64,000 nt of DNA from the IMG/VR virus record IMGVR_UViG_3300045988_174813; one strand, given 5' to 3'. The stretch comes from a virus. Under the pieces are notes generated by a model. It ran no database searches, was not told the DNA's origin, and saw nothing but the letters and a program-made list of their open reading frames with translations. The position numbers were made by a program, and so were the translations under genes. Positions within the stretch are counted from its first letter, which is position 1. Each line of letters begins with the position of its first letter. Shown here piece after piece: positions 40,113-50,470 of the stretch.

Positions 40113-40856
40113 TTATGCCCAATCAAGCATTTCACTCTATTTTGTATGGCTGGCGCAAGCATACTTACCAATACAAATTGCTTCTGCTTCATCAAGTGAG
40201 CACATTTGCCCATACCACACTTGAACTTTTAGCTATGCACTTTTCTTACGGTCATCTCGACTGCGCCCTTTGATACCACAATATTGGCGCCAAGTACCTA
40301 CTGGAGTAATCTCATAAGCTATATTATTAGCATAAAGTAAATTTATTAGCACGCCTTGTAAATGTGCGAGAGACTTATAAGTTGTTACGCCTATCTCCGC
40401 ACCCTTTATTCCTTCTGCTTTGTTGTCTTGAAACTATATGTCCTCAATACATACAAAGTCTATACGCCATGCAGTAATCATATTTAGAACCCAATTGCGA
40501 ATCTCATTTATACGATTTGCTTCACTATCAAAATTTACTCCGTAAGTGCCATGCCGAATTAGCTCTCCATTTTCAAAAATAGCCCAACCAGTAATATACG
40601 TTGCCTAGTCTAAGGCAAGAATGCGGTAAGCGCCTTTGGGTTTAGGAGAACTAATTGTAGTCGTGGCTTTTTGCTTTTCGGCGCAAACAGGACAAAAAGG
40701 CCGTTTGCGCCATTTTTCATAGGGGGTAAGGACTTTGTGGCCTTCTGGACATCGCCACTCCATTTCTTCTTTGAGATTTTTATATTCTGTTGAAAGGACT
40801 TTCCACTATATATTTTCGGCTTCTTGCTGAATTTGTGTTAGTAGAATGCGTGCCAT
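40113..40856 (-). CDS. ruvC: RuvC-like Holliday junction resolvase with N-terminal zinc ribbon, 247 aa with 5 TAG
   Basis: Hand translation: ..CPEGH..CPVC.., ILALD[TAG]ATYITGWAIFE, CIEDI[TAG]FQ, DEAEAICIG (RuvC-type acidic catalytic motifs). The frame is broken only by TAG. Confidence 0.65.
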
Positions 40857-40859
40857 AAT

Positions 40860-41720
40860 TCACTTCCCTGAAGAGCCAAACCCGCCAGAACCACGGGTAG
40901 TTTCATCTTCATCAATGGATTTTACTTCCATAAAGCTTGCAAGAGGAACTTCGTTGAGGACCATTTGCGCGATCCTCATACCTTTCGTGATATAGAATGG
41001 ATAAGTACCAATATTGTCAATAATAAGACCAACATCCCCTCGATAATTACTATCTATAGTTCCAGGTGTGTTAGCAACACGTATTTTGGTTTTCAGACTC
41101 ATACCACTGCGCGGACGCATTTGAAGCTCATATCCCTTTGGAATAGCTACTTTGAAACCAAGAGGAATCATCATCGTTTGATGAGGCTCAACAGTATAGT
41201 CATCTAAAGCATACACATCGCATCCAGCATCACCATCATGCGCATAAGTTGGCACATGAGCATCTGGACTAGTAAGCTCAATAGGAATACGAATAATTTT
41301 ATTGCTTGATGCCTTTGCGCTTTGCAACCCATTCACAGCAAGAGTAAGTACTTGCTTGACGAAATCTCTGCGAGACTGGTCATAATCTTTGAACTGCTCA
41401 TCAATCTTTGCAATACTGTCTTCAAATGCTTTATTGAGTTCTGCAACGGACATTCCTGACATATTCAGTGCGAGCGCCATGTCATACTTTGCATTGGAAT
41501 TATTGAACCCACGTTCCATCTCTTCAAGCATAAGTGGCTTCATTGCTTCAAAAGCATCGTCTGGCATAGAGAGAAAAGAAGCAAGAGCTTCAAGCCCATC
41601 CATTCCAGGGATTTTAGTTGCAAGGTCACGAAAATAAGCTTCGCTACTTTCTTCAGTCGCTTCATCCACTACGTCGGCAGTAGGAATAGTTGGCATAGCT
41701 ACAATTTTATTTTCGTCCAT
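40860..41720 (-). CDS. dut: dUTPase with about 150-aa N-terminal extension, 286 aa
   Basis: The C-terminal half carries trimeric dUTPase motifs (AHDGDAGCDVYA, RPRSGMS, GTIDSNYRGD, RIAQMVL, RGSGGFGSSG). Confidence 0.85.
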   Translation of the reverse strand: MDENKIVAMPTIPTADVVDEATEESSEAYFRDLATKIPGMDGLEALASFLSMPDDAFEAMKPLMLEEMERGFNNSNAKYDMALALNMSGMSVAELNKAFEDSIAKIDEQFKDYDQSRRDFVKQVLTLAVNGLQSAKASSNKIIRIPIELTSPDAHVPTYAHDGDAGCDVYALDDYTVEPHQTMMIPLGFKVAIPKGYELQMRPRSGMSLKTKIRVANTPGTIDSNYRGDVGLIIDNIGTYPFYITKGMRIAQMVLNEVPLASFMEVKSIDEDETTRGSGGFGSSGK

Positions 41721-41914
41721 TATTCCATCTCCTTTTTACCGCAATAAATGCATTTTCCAGACTGGAAACAATGCGGACATAAGTTTTGAAGCTCTTTAAT
41801 ACGCTCCATATTTTTACTGATAGTGGAATTGAGGGTGAAGAAGCCCTGAGTGATAATATCTGTATTTTCTTGAAGCAGTTGATTTACTTCATTTTGAATC
41901 TGATTTACTGTCAT
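41720..41914 (-). CDS. hypothetical small Cys-containing protein, 64 aa
   Basis: Intact ORF, translationally coupled on both sides; CPHC..CIYC. Confidence 0.55.
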   Translation of the reverse strand: MTVNQIQNEVNQLLQENTDIITQGFFTLNSTISKNMERIKELQNLCPHCFQSGKCIYCGKKEME

Positions 41915-42894
41915 ATCTTTCCTCCATTTTCAACAAATTCTTTTGGATTACATCTCATTAGTTTATCAATTTCATTGTATTTATTACACAAAGTTATTAT
42001 TGCATATCTTGCATCCATTGTGGGGCGCGCGGTATATAGTTGAGGGGCAAGTACTTCAATCAATCTATCATAAAGACTTCTAGTCTCAACTTTTGAAGCG
42101 TTGTTTGTCTTATTCATCTTTTGGGTTATATATATCCAAGCCATATACCATCCGCCAAGTCCAGGTGCCATTATTGGTGGCTCTAACTTATATTTTATGC
42201 GCGAGCCCATACACCAAATAACACTTTTCAATCCATCAATAAATAGGTCATAAGCTTCTTCAGTTGTTGAAGGTATTTTTTGTTCTTGGAAGTAAATAAT
42301 ATCCAGCCAATTCTTGCCGGGCATACCTTGTAATTCTTGAAGCTATTCAAAAGTTGGGCGCTCTAGGCAAGTAATTCGAGCTTGAAATTTACTCTCAGTT
42401 TTACTGGTGTAAAATTGAAATAATGGACGAAGCTCTTCTAGTGATGAAAAAATAATTGGATAACAAAAGACAACGCTACGCTTCATGGTATATTTATCTA
42501 ACTAGAGGTACTTTGGCAATTCTTCTGCCCAATTATTTGGTAGTTCATGGTCATGGATATATAATGTACTGCCGGCTTCAAAATTGAAATCATTATATGG
42601 ATATGCGCGAGTTCCATCAGAAAGAAGAATGTGTTGCCCGCGCGAAAAAGTTTTATCATTTTTATTATCTATAGGCCTTTCACTTTTTGTATATATATAA
42701 GCCATTGGATTTAGCGGACATAGTTCTGCTTCTTTTTTCATTGGTTTATATTTTTTATTTACTGCATATCCACATAACTCAATATTTTCATATTGCACTA
42801 TTTCCGGCGAAAAAGGAATAGATATATCTTCTTGAAAGTAATATACCTTTTCATAGTAGGGCGCGCGAGAAAGGTCAGAAATAAAACTGACCAT
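41911..42894 (-). CDS. hypothetical protein, 327 aa if two in-frame TAG are read through (track ORFs 42502-42894 and 41911-42324 fused)
   Basis: ORF 42502-42894 stops at TAG. The frame continues without another stop through an SD-less ATG at 42486 and a second TAG into ORF 41911-42324. No family recognised. Confidence 0.45.
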
Positions 42895-43007
42895 TTCTCG
42901 CTAACGGTTGAGGTAAGTAGATAATTTCATAAGTTGAAAGTTGGGTGGCGGAATAGGCTTTTTATTTTTTAGCGCATATATTCTATCTGCGTCATACAAT
43001 GCAATAC

Positions 43008-46000
43008 TCATTCTCTTACCCTCGTTATAATCTGTCCATCTGGAAGTATTTCATCAATAGTTTCTACCAAATGCCAAGGAGTACGAGTATATTTCTTAGC
43101 AATAAAGGTTGAACCGCGACGAATACCGCTGATAATAATTTTATTACCTCGCTTGAACATAGATGGTTCAATTACGTGTTTTTTCCCATCAGACCCGCGC
43201 TCACTAATTTGACGGTCATATTTTGTAAATGCGTCACCAAACATACGAATTGTTACTACTCCTGTTGTGGTGAGTATTGTAATAAGACGCTTAGTTTTAT
43301 CTCGGTCAAGAACTGTTCCTGCGATACGCTCAATATGGAACATAGGAATAGTCTTTCCATCTTTTGTAGTAAAAGTATATTCTGGCTCTGGCTCTTCAGA
43401 AAGTCTATTGAAGTCAGCCCATCCTTGCGCGATTTGGTCAACCTGCGCAAGCTCATGGGGATGATTATAATAGGAGACACTATCCATTTCCCACTTACTA
43501 ATTGAACCAAGACAATACTTATTATATACTTCTTGATAAAGTATATTGTTCAAATTGGTCAGAAGTTCTTCTTTATTTGCTTTGATATAGTCGCGCACGG
43601 GGTTCATAAGTTTCGTATATGTTTTATCCCACCTTGAAGCATCTATACGACCGCAATCATCATTCTCATAAATTATAGCATCTTCGTCAAAATGGGTCTT
43701 ATAAAATTCAAGAGGATAATCTTCTAATTTATAATATAAGCCATCTTTACAATTCTTTTTGAGATATTTTTGAAAGTTGAATATTTTTACCTCAAGCGAA
43801 AGCTCATTGGGGAGTAAATTATATCCAATAAGCATTTGCATATTGCGTAAATTCAATTCTTTTTTCTGGTCTGCAATAGAAGAAATATAGTGCTCCATTA
43901 CTTCTTCGCGTGAAGAGCCAAATTTATCAAAAGCACCAGCTTTGATAAGGTTTACCATTTGGGTTTTATTTATTTTGATTTTAGCTAAAAAGTCTTCAAT
44001 AGAGGTATAGGGACGCGCGTCTATAATCGAAGAAACTAGCTCTGCTCCAATTTTTACAATGCCGCTCAACCCGTAAATAATAGTATTATTGTCTACGTCA
44101 GGAACGAAAGTAAAATCTGAAGCATTTACATCTGGAGGTTCAATAGAAACACCAGCGTTTTTCATTTTATTGATAGCGGTACTTACTTTTCCATAGTTGG
44201 TTGTAGAAGTCTTTTTTTTCTTTTTCTTTTCTATTGATACAACTTCTTCTGATTCGTCATCATCTTCATCTTCTTCTGTTTCTTCTTCTACCAATTCTCC
44301 AACACATGAGACAGGGTCTACATAATCATCAACTTCGGTAATATCTTCTTCGTTGCCAGCGCTATCACAAATAAGACAAGCACAATTCCAAAAAATAATA
44401 GGAAAGTGGAAAGCGAGATTCATTTCTTGAAGAGCAACAAGACTATAGGCAAGGGTATGAGATTTATTGAATCCATATCCTCTACTTGTAGCTACAAGAA
44501 CATTCCATACATAATTACATAAATGCTCACTCAAGTTCTTTTCTCGCATATTTTCAAAATATTGCTTAGTAAGTTTTTCATATTCTGCGGGATTCTTTTT
44601 AGCAATAGATTTTCTAAGTTTATCTGCAAAAGTAAGGTCAAAGCCACCGCATTCGGGAATTTGTACCAATTGCATAAAGCCTTCTTGACTTTCACAAATA
44701 CCATTAGAAGTGAGAAGAACGGGTTCAAGAATTTTTTGTTCTTCCTTAGTCAGTCCATAATTATCCATTTCATCATACCAATCTTGGATATTATGTTTGA
44801 ATCGTGCGAATTTGTGAAGTGGCTGTTCTGCCCCCTTTTCTGGAGCCATCAATCGAATTACTGAATTTAGAGTAGCAAGGTCATCGACGGATGTGGGTTT
44901 AGCCAATGCAATACCTTGAATACCACTTTGCTGTTCCATTTGGAAAAGAGCATTGATTTTGTGCTCCCAGACCATTTTCCACATCTTTTGATTCTCACGC
45001 TCAAGATTATATATTCCAATAATTTTTTCGTAAGTATCCTTCAAAGTAGCTTCTGGCTGAATGTAATTTTGTTTTATCAAAAGGTCAAGACAAGTATGAA
45101 TTTTGTCTAGAGCTTCAACACTCAGTACATCATACTTTATCAAGCTAACTTTTTCTGCATCGTGGAGGTCATATTGTGTAATAATTGTTCCATCGGGTGC
45201 GCGCATAAGCGCAGTAGAATTTTCAAAAGGCTCATCAACAAAAATTACACCGCCTGCATGGATACCAGTTCGACAGATAAGCCCTTCAATTTTATGAGCT
45301 ACTTTCCAAAGTTCTGGATAATTTTGTGTCATTTCTTCTACAAATTTCTTATTAGGAAGAATACCATTTTCTTCATCTCCATAAAAAGTTTGGTCAAGGG
45401 TTTGCATAATACCACGCTCAGATTTTATCATAGAGGCAAGGTAAGAAGCAACATCTACATCAATACCTAGTCCTCGTGCGGCGGTAAGAATGGCACTTTT
45501 AGATTTTTCAGTTCCAAGAGTAAGTACATTAGCCACTCTATCACTACCATAAACTTCGCGGAAATGATTGAGCACTTGCGCTCTGCGCCCGCCCTCAATA
45601 TCAATATCTACGTCTAATACAGATACACGGGCAGGATTTAGAAAACGCCATGGAAAGGTTTGGGTTCGTTCCCAAAGAGGGTTGATTTGTGTAATATCTA
45701 AGAGGTAAAGTAAAATAAATCCTACACCTGAACCACGTCCAGGCCCTACTAGAGTTCCTGCTTCCCAGCAAGCTTCAATTATCTTTTGAAGATTGAGATA
45801 GTAGGCACTCCAATGAGCTTTATTCACGTCAGAAGAAATGCGAGTCATTTCAAGACAAGTATTTATTGCATCATAAGTTGCCTGATTTTGAAGGCGCGCG
45901 TCAGAATTTATTTTTTGAATAATTGCTTTTACAAGCTCTTTATCTCCAATATATTTTGATGAAAGGAACGATTCAAATTCGGGAATCTTTTTGCACCAAT

Positions 46001-46979
46001 TATCAGCATCTACAATATCATCGAAATTTTTCCAAGGCAATTGAGGAATTTTCAACGGCTTTTTGAGACTATAATTTTCGCATTTATTTTGAATTTCAAT
46101 AATAGAATTATATGCTTCTTGAATTTGCTCTATAGACAGCTCAGACATATAAGAACGTATTTCTTCATGCCCCATAAGATAAGTAGTGGCATAGAATCCA
46201 TCTACTTCTCGGTCACCATTTTGTGAATTGAGATATGCCTTGTGGATTGCACGGTCTTCTTTTTTGAGATAGTGAGCATCAAGAGTAATCGTGTATTTGA
46301 CATCTAACTCTTTTGCAAGACGTAATAATGTGCAATTCACTAATTTTTGTTCGGGGTTCGGTGAAGGTTGCATTTCTAAATAGAAATTTTCTTTTCCAAA
46401 AACCTCTTCCATGCGCCGACACCATCGTATAATATAGTCCCACTTCGATTCATCATTAGTGGGCGCCCAATCAAGAATCAAATGAGGAAGAAACCCACCA
46501 AGACAAGCAGTCATTCCAATTACATGACCTGGGTTTTTCCCAATTACATCAATTATATCTTGATAATAAGTAGGTACTCTACGCATACCTCGTGCCATAT
46601 ATGACCTACGCCACGCACGGGTTGAAATTTCACGAATTTGCTGATGCCCTACTAAATCTTTAGCAAGCAGAATAAAGTGCCAATAACGGTCTTTTTTGCT
46701 GTCATAGTTTTCGCTATTTAGGCCATTACGGACGAGATATATCTCATTGCCACGAATAAGTTTGAGATTAGGGTATTTTTCATGGGCTTTCTCGATAGCT
46801 TCTTCTGCTTTTATATGTCCTGCTATGGTTTCATGGTCAGTTATTGCAATGCAAGAATAACCAAGTTCTCCTGCATAATTAATTAGGTCTGGTATCTTAT
46901 TGATACAATCACGCAAACGGAAATTTGAAAAATCAGTATGCGAATGTAATGAACCTGGATATGTTATTTGATTACTCAA
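43008..46979 (-). CDS. dnaE: DNA polymerase III alpha subunit (DnaE-type, PHP domain), 1323 aa, no TAG
   Basis: N-terminal PHP motif LHSHTDFS; polymerase core and OB/HhH regions; TTG start with AGGTGG SD; acidic/Lys-rich low-complexity insert. Confidence 0.9.
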   Translation of the reverse strand: MSNQITYPGSLHSHTDFSNFRLRDCINKIPDLINYAGELGYSCIAITDHETIAGHIKAEEAIEKAHEKYPNLKLIRGNEIYLVRNGLNSENYDSKKDRYWHFILLAKDLVGHQQIREISTRAWRRSYMARGMRRVPTYYQDIIDVIGKNPGHVIGMTACLGGFLPHLILDWAPTNDESKWDYIIRWCRRMEEVFGKENFYLEMQPSPNPEQKLVNCTLLRLAKELDVKYTITLDAHYLKKEDRAIHKAYLNSQNGDREVDGFYATTYLMGHEEIRSYMSELSIEQIQEAYNSIIEIQNKCENYSLKKPLKIPQLPWKNFDDIVDADNWCKKIPEFESFLSSKYIGDKELVKAIIQKINSDARLQNQATYDAINTCLEMTRISSDVNKAHWSAYYLNLQKIIEACWEAGTLVGPGRGSGVGFILLYLLDITQINPLWERTQTFPWRFLNPARVSVLDVDIDIEGGRRAQVLNHFREVYGSDRVANVLTLGTEKSKSAILTAARGLGIDVDVASYLASMIKSERGIMQTLDQTFYGDEENGILPNKKFVEEMTQNYPELWKVAHKIEGLICRTGIHAGGVIFVDEPFENSTALMRAPDGTIITQYDLHDAEKVSLIKYDVLSVEALDKIHTCLDLLIKQNYIQPEATLKDTYEKIIGIYNLERENQKMWKMVWEHKINALFQMEQQSGIQGIALAKPTSVDDLATLNSVIRLMAPEKGAEQPLHKFARFKHNIQDWYDEMDNYGLTKEEQKILEPVLLTSNGICESQEGFMQLVQIPECGGFDLTFADKLRKSIAKKNPAEYEKLTKQYFENMREKNLSEHLCNYVWNVLVATSRGYGFNKSHTLAYSLVALQEMNLAFHFPIIFWNCACLICDSAGNEEDITEVDDYVDPVSCVGELVEEETEEDEDDDESEEVVSIEKKKKKKTSTTNYGKVSTAINKMKNAGVSIEPPDVNASDFTFVPDVDNNTIIYGLSGIVKIGAELVSSIIDARPYTSIEDFLAKIKINKTQMVNLIKAGAFDKFGSSREEVMEHYISSIADQKKELNLRNMQMLIGYNLLPNELSLEVKIFNFQKYLKKNCKDGLYYKLEDYPLEFYKTHFDEDAIIYENDDCGRIDASRWDKTYTKLMNPVRDYIKANKEELLTNLNNILYQEVYNKYCLGSISKWEMDSVSYYNHPHELAQVDQIAQGWADFNRLSEEPEPEYTFTTKDGKTIPMFHIERIAGTVLDRDKTKRLITILTTTGVVTIRMFGDAFTKYDRQISERGSDGKKHVIEPSMFKRGNKIIISGIRRGSTFIAKKYTRTPWHLVETIDEILPDGQIITRVRE

Positions 46980-47011
46980 AATACCACCTACCTTTCCTAT
47001 TTTATATTTAT

Positions 47012-47040
47012 ATTATATCATAAAATTCTCAAATTTTCAA
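47012..47040 (-). promoter_or_regulatory. extended -10 promoter upstream of dnaE (TTGAAA-17-TGaTATAAT)
   Basis: Minus strand: TTGAAA 47035-47040, TATAAT 47012-47017, TGA immediately upstream of -10; no palindrome nearby. Confidence 0.6.
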
Positions 47041-47074
47041 ATTTCTCTACTAAGGAAAAAGTGTGATTGAATAT

Positions 47075-48520
47075 TCAATCACACTTACTCCATCCACAAT
47101 TCTTGCAAATAATGCAACCGCCTTCTTGTATCAATTCCTCGCCACATTGCGGGCATTTATTTATCTTTGCCTTTTGCTTTTCATGCTCTACCCTTGGAAT
47201 ACGAATTTCATTGCTCTCATTATTTTCCATCCAGTCTCTAAATTCATCACTCATTTCGAGAAGCGCACGCCCAATAGCCATCGGACAACAGGCTCCAGGT
47301 GAAGTATCATGTTTAGTTGCATGACGCGTTGCATAAGATGGGCAAGCACCACAAGAATTTAGTTGGTCTACGATATCTTCTAGACCCACACCGGCGCGTG
47401 AAGCAAGAGAAATCATACGTGATAATCCAATCATAAAGTTGTTGCATCCGCCTGTGCTTCCTTTAGAAAAATATGTTTCTTGAAGTAAGCCAGTATTAGG
47501 GTCAAAGAAAGCTTGAACGTGAAGAGAACCACAACCAGAAGTGAGTTTGCGCTTGAGGCCAATTACATTATCATCAGCTACAAGAATATCGCCACGACCA
47601 AGGATGGTACTTGATTTTTTTTCTTCTTTTTTAGGCTTTTCTGTGGTAAGTATACCTTCGCGCATACATCCACTACGATAAACTGTAATTCCTTTCAGCC
47701 CTTGTTTCCAGGCAGTGAGATAAATTTCTTTCACATCATCTACTGTGGCTTCTTTGGGTAGATTGACAGTACTACTAATAGAGGCATCAATATGAGACTG
47801 CCAAACACCTTGCATACAAACGCGGTCTTTTGGAATGATAGTTGCAGATGTTTCAAACCAGGCAGGCAATTCTTCTTCTTCTGTTAGTCCATTCGCTTTC
47901 ATATATCTATCAACAATTGGAGTATAGATTTTATAGTATTCATCATGCCCATGTAGCGACTCTGTTTTTCTCGTATATGAATTAGCAAAAATTGGCTCCA
48001 TTCCCCCAGATACTCCGAGCATTGTGGAAATTGTTCCAGTCGGCGCGATAGTAAGTAATTGGGAATTGCGAAGTCCATAGTGATCTACTAGTTCATCTAC
48101 CTCTGGGATGACATTTTTTTTATAAAATGGAGTTTCACGGACGGCTTTTGTATATTTGGGGTAGGCTCCATCTTTTTTAGCAAGCATCGCACTCGTTGCA
48201 AGAGCGCTATTGATAAGGTGTAAGCCAATTTCATCACTAATTTCTCTTGCACGCTGACTACTATATGGAATTTCCATTTCAATTAGCATATCGGCCAATC
48301 CCATAATACCTAATCCGCACTGGCGCCAATCACGGACAGTTTCTCGTTGTTCTTTTAGAGGATGCTTAGGTAGCCCTTCATCCAAAACATCATTCAAAAA
48401 ACGAATACCAATATCTACTGTTTCAATGAAACTGTCAATATCAAATTCTTTATCTTTTACAAACATTGAAAGATTGATACTACCTAATAGGCAGGAGCCT
48501 CCCGCTGGGAGGGGCTCTTC
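47075..48520 (-). CDS. nrdJ: B12-dependent (class II) ribonucleotide reductase NrdJ, exon 2
   Basis: Begins EEPLPAGGSCLLGSINL, continuing the ..TNPCA end of exon 1 (the NrdJ active-site signature TNPC-x-E-x-P-L..C.LGS.NL); C-terminal zinc ribbon CPQCG..CKNCG. Confidence 0.85.
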   Translation of the reverse strand, partial: EEPLPAGGSCLLGSINLSMFVKDKEFDIDSFIETVDIGIRFLNDVLDEGLPKHPLKEQRETVRDWRQCGLGIMGLADMLIEMEIPYSSQRAREISDEIGLHLINSALATSAMLAKKDGAYPKYTKAVRETPFYKKNVIPEVDELVDHYGLRNSQLLTIAPTGTISTMLGVSGGMEPIFANSYTRKTESLHGHDEYYKIYTPIVDRYMKANGLTEEEELPAWFETSATIIPKDRVCMQGVWQSHIDASISSTVNLPKEATVDDVKEIYLTAWKQGLKGITVYRSGCMREGILTTEKPKKEEKKSSTILGRGDILVADDNVIGLKRKLTSGCGSLHVQAFFDPNTGLLQETYFSKGSTGGCNNFMIGLSRMISLASRAGVGLEDIVDQLNSCGACPSYATRHATKHDTSPGACCPMAIGRALLEMSDEFRDWMENNESNEIRIPRVEHEKQKAKINKCPQCGEELIQEGGCIICKNCGWSKCD

Positions 48521-49667
48521 CATTGTATTATCATAGAGACTTTTTATTCTCTACATCTGGAGATTTCTCTCATATCTCTTATTGAGAATACGTCTGTCAA
48601 TTCAGACCAGTTTAGCATATATTTTCAGAAATTTCTTTCAGATATTCCAATAATTTTTTCTTTGAGGGGTTATTACATAAAGCTGTGCTAATACTTCTCC
48701 AATCAGAAAAGCCATATTTTGAAGAAGCAATTTCTTGTATTCCCTGCAAAGTAGTTGCTATTCTATTGCCAGGACAATTTTGAACTAAAGACTAATGAGA
48801 CAATACCCATTCAGCTATATCTTTCTAAAATTCTTTATTACGCTGAGTGGTTTTTTCTTTTTTCTGCTCAGTGGCAACCTAAGAAGCTTTTTTAGCATTT
48901 ACCTTATTAGCACATTGAAGAGAACAATATTTCCTATTACTCTCATATGGTGGAACAAAGAAAGGCTCTCCACAACATTGGCAAATGATTTTTATCCTTT
49001 GAGCTTCACATTTTTCTTGCCAAGCTTTTGTGGCTTTTATAAGACCTTTTTTCATTTTCTCTGCTATTATTGGGTCTTGCCAATTTTCTTTTTTCCTAGC
49101 ACCAATTTTTTGTTTTGTTTCTTCACTTTTTGTACCACTTTTTCCACCAGGCATTAGATTGTATCCTATATCATGATTTGTAGAATTATAGAAATCAATC
49201 CAATAAATTTCTCTATCATTTAGCTACTCTAAAGAACTACATTCTTCTAAAAGTTCTATAGAAAAATTTTCTTTTCCATATTTGAGTAAAGCATTATGAA
49301 AATAGTTTTCAGGCCTATTGCCTTCTGCCTGATATAAAGCTTCTTTCCAGTGTTTCTCAAAGCGCTATTCTATAGTTTTAGTAGTTTGTCCTATATAAAT
49401 CTTATTATTTATCTTATTGGTTATTTTGTAAATATACATATTCTACCTCCATTTATCATTCTCCAATTATAAGTGGCGGTTGTAGAATATCTATCCTAAA
49501 AAATTCCTGTCGAGCACTCGTGGTGAAATTATATTTATTCATTCACTATGCGTTACACTGCCTATATACCTTTCGCAATTATATAGGTTAGCACGGTATT
49601 CCCATATTATAAAAGACTTAGGGTTCACCGTTTTTGCTCGATGTTTTACGTGCGCCCAAGAACTTTA
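48521..49667 (-). mobile_element. putative group I intron (about 1.15 kb) with GIY-YIG homing endonuclease, splitting nrdJ
   Basis: It interrupts nrdJ inside the catalytic NPC-x-E motif. Exon 1 ends in T and the intron ends in G, as group I splicing requires. The exons fuse in frame. Boundaries are inferred. Confidence 0.65.
48879..49439 (-). CDS. GIY-YIG homing endonuclease with NUMOD3-like C-terminus, 186 aa with 2 TAG
   Basis: GGAGG SD. MYIYKITNKINNKIYIGQT.. (GIY..YIG), ..R..KH.., N-terminal part joined in frame through two TAG to track ORF 48879-49154 (SEETKQKIGARKKENW). Confidence 0.75.
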
Positions 49668-50456
49668 AGCACACGGATTCGTACCTGCATACTTGAATTT
49701 AGGGTTATTTGAAAGTAAATTCCAATTTTCAATTCTATCCCAGAATAATATTCCAGGCTCTGCCCAATTCCAGTTATTTTCGCATAATCTATCAAAAAGC
49801 TTATCAGCCATAGCAGTCTTGATAATTGTTTCATTAGTTTCTGGTCGGCTAAACTCCATTATCCATTCTTTATGTTCAACTGCACACTGCATAAAATCAT
49901 TTGTAATACGAGTTGAAATGTTTGCTTTGGTAACGCTATCTGGTTTAGCTTTGATATCAATAAATTCTGGGAAGTCGGGATGATGGCAATCCAAAGAAAT
50001 CATTAGTGCTCCACGTCTTCCTTGCTGCCCTATTTCTTCTGTTACTTGACTATAGCCCGCCATAAAGCTAACTGCGCCTGAACTTTCTCGTGCAGCATTG
50101 CCCACTTTAGCTCCGCGTGGAGCAAGTTTAGATATATCTATGCCACATCCGCCACCATAGGAATAAGTTCGTGCAAGTTTTTTCCGACTATCATAAATTG
50201 ATTCCAAATTATCTTTTGGGGGTTCAACAACGTAGCAATTGCTCAAGCTCATCTTACAATCGTCCACCCCGCGTCCGCTAAGAATACGGCCACCAGGGAT
50301 AAATTTTTTGCTACGAATAGCGTCTTTATATGTGTCGACTCCGCCACTTACGCGGTCAAGCCACTCTTCAAAACTTTCGTTATTATGTTGATATTTACGC
50401 TTCCAGATATCAATACCAATTTGATTATTGGGGCCAAGCCACTGTTCTACTGTCAT
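49668..50456 (-). CDS. nrdJ: class II ribonucleotide reductase NrdJ, exon 1
   Basis: GGGAGAG SD before the ATG at 50456 (MTVEQWLGPNN..); ends ..KYAGTNPCA; the track start at 50474 overlaps the upstream gene. Confidence 0.85.
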
Positions 50457-50470
50457 GCAGTTCTCTCCCT

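Noticed and set aside
44200-44290. Acidic/Lys-rich insert in DnaE (..EEETEEDEDDDESEEVVSIEKKKKKK..) as an intein
   Set aside because: It is short and low-complexity. It has no Cys/Ser/Thr ... His-Asn splice-junction residues and no endonuclease or HINT blocks. It is more likely a flexible linker.
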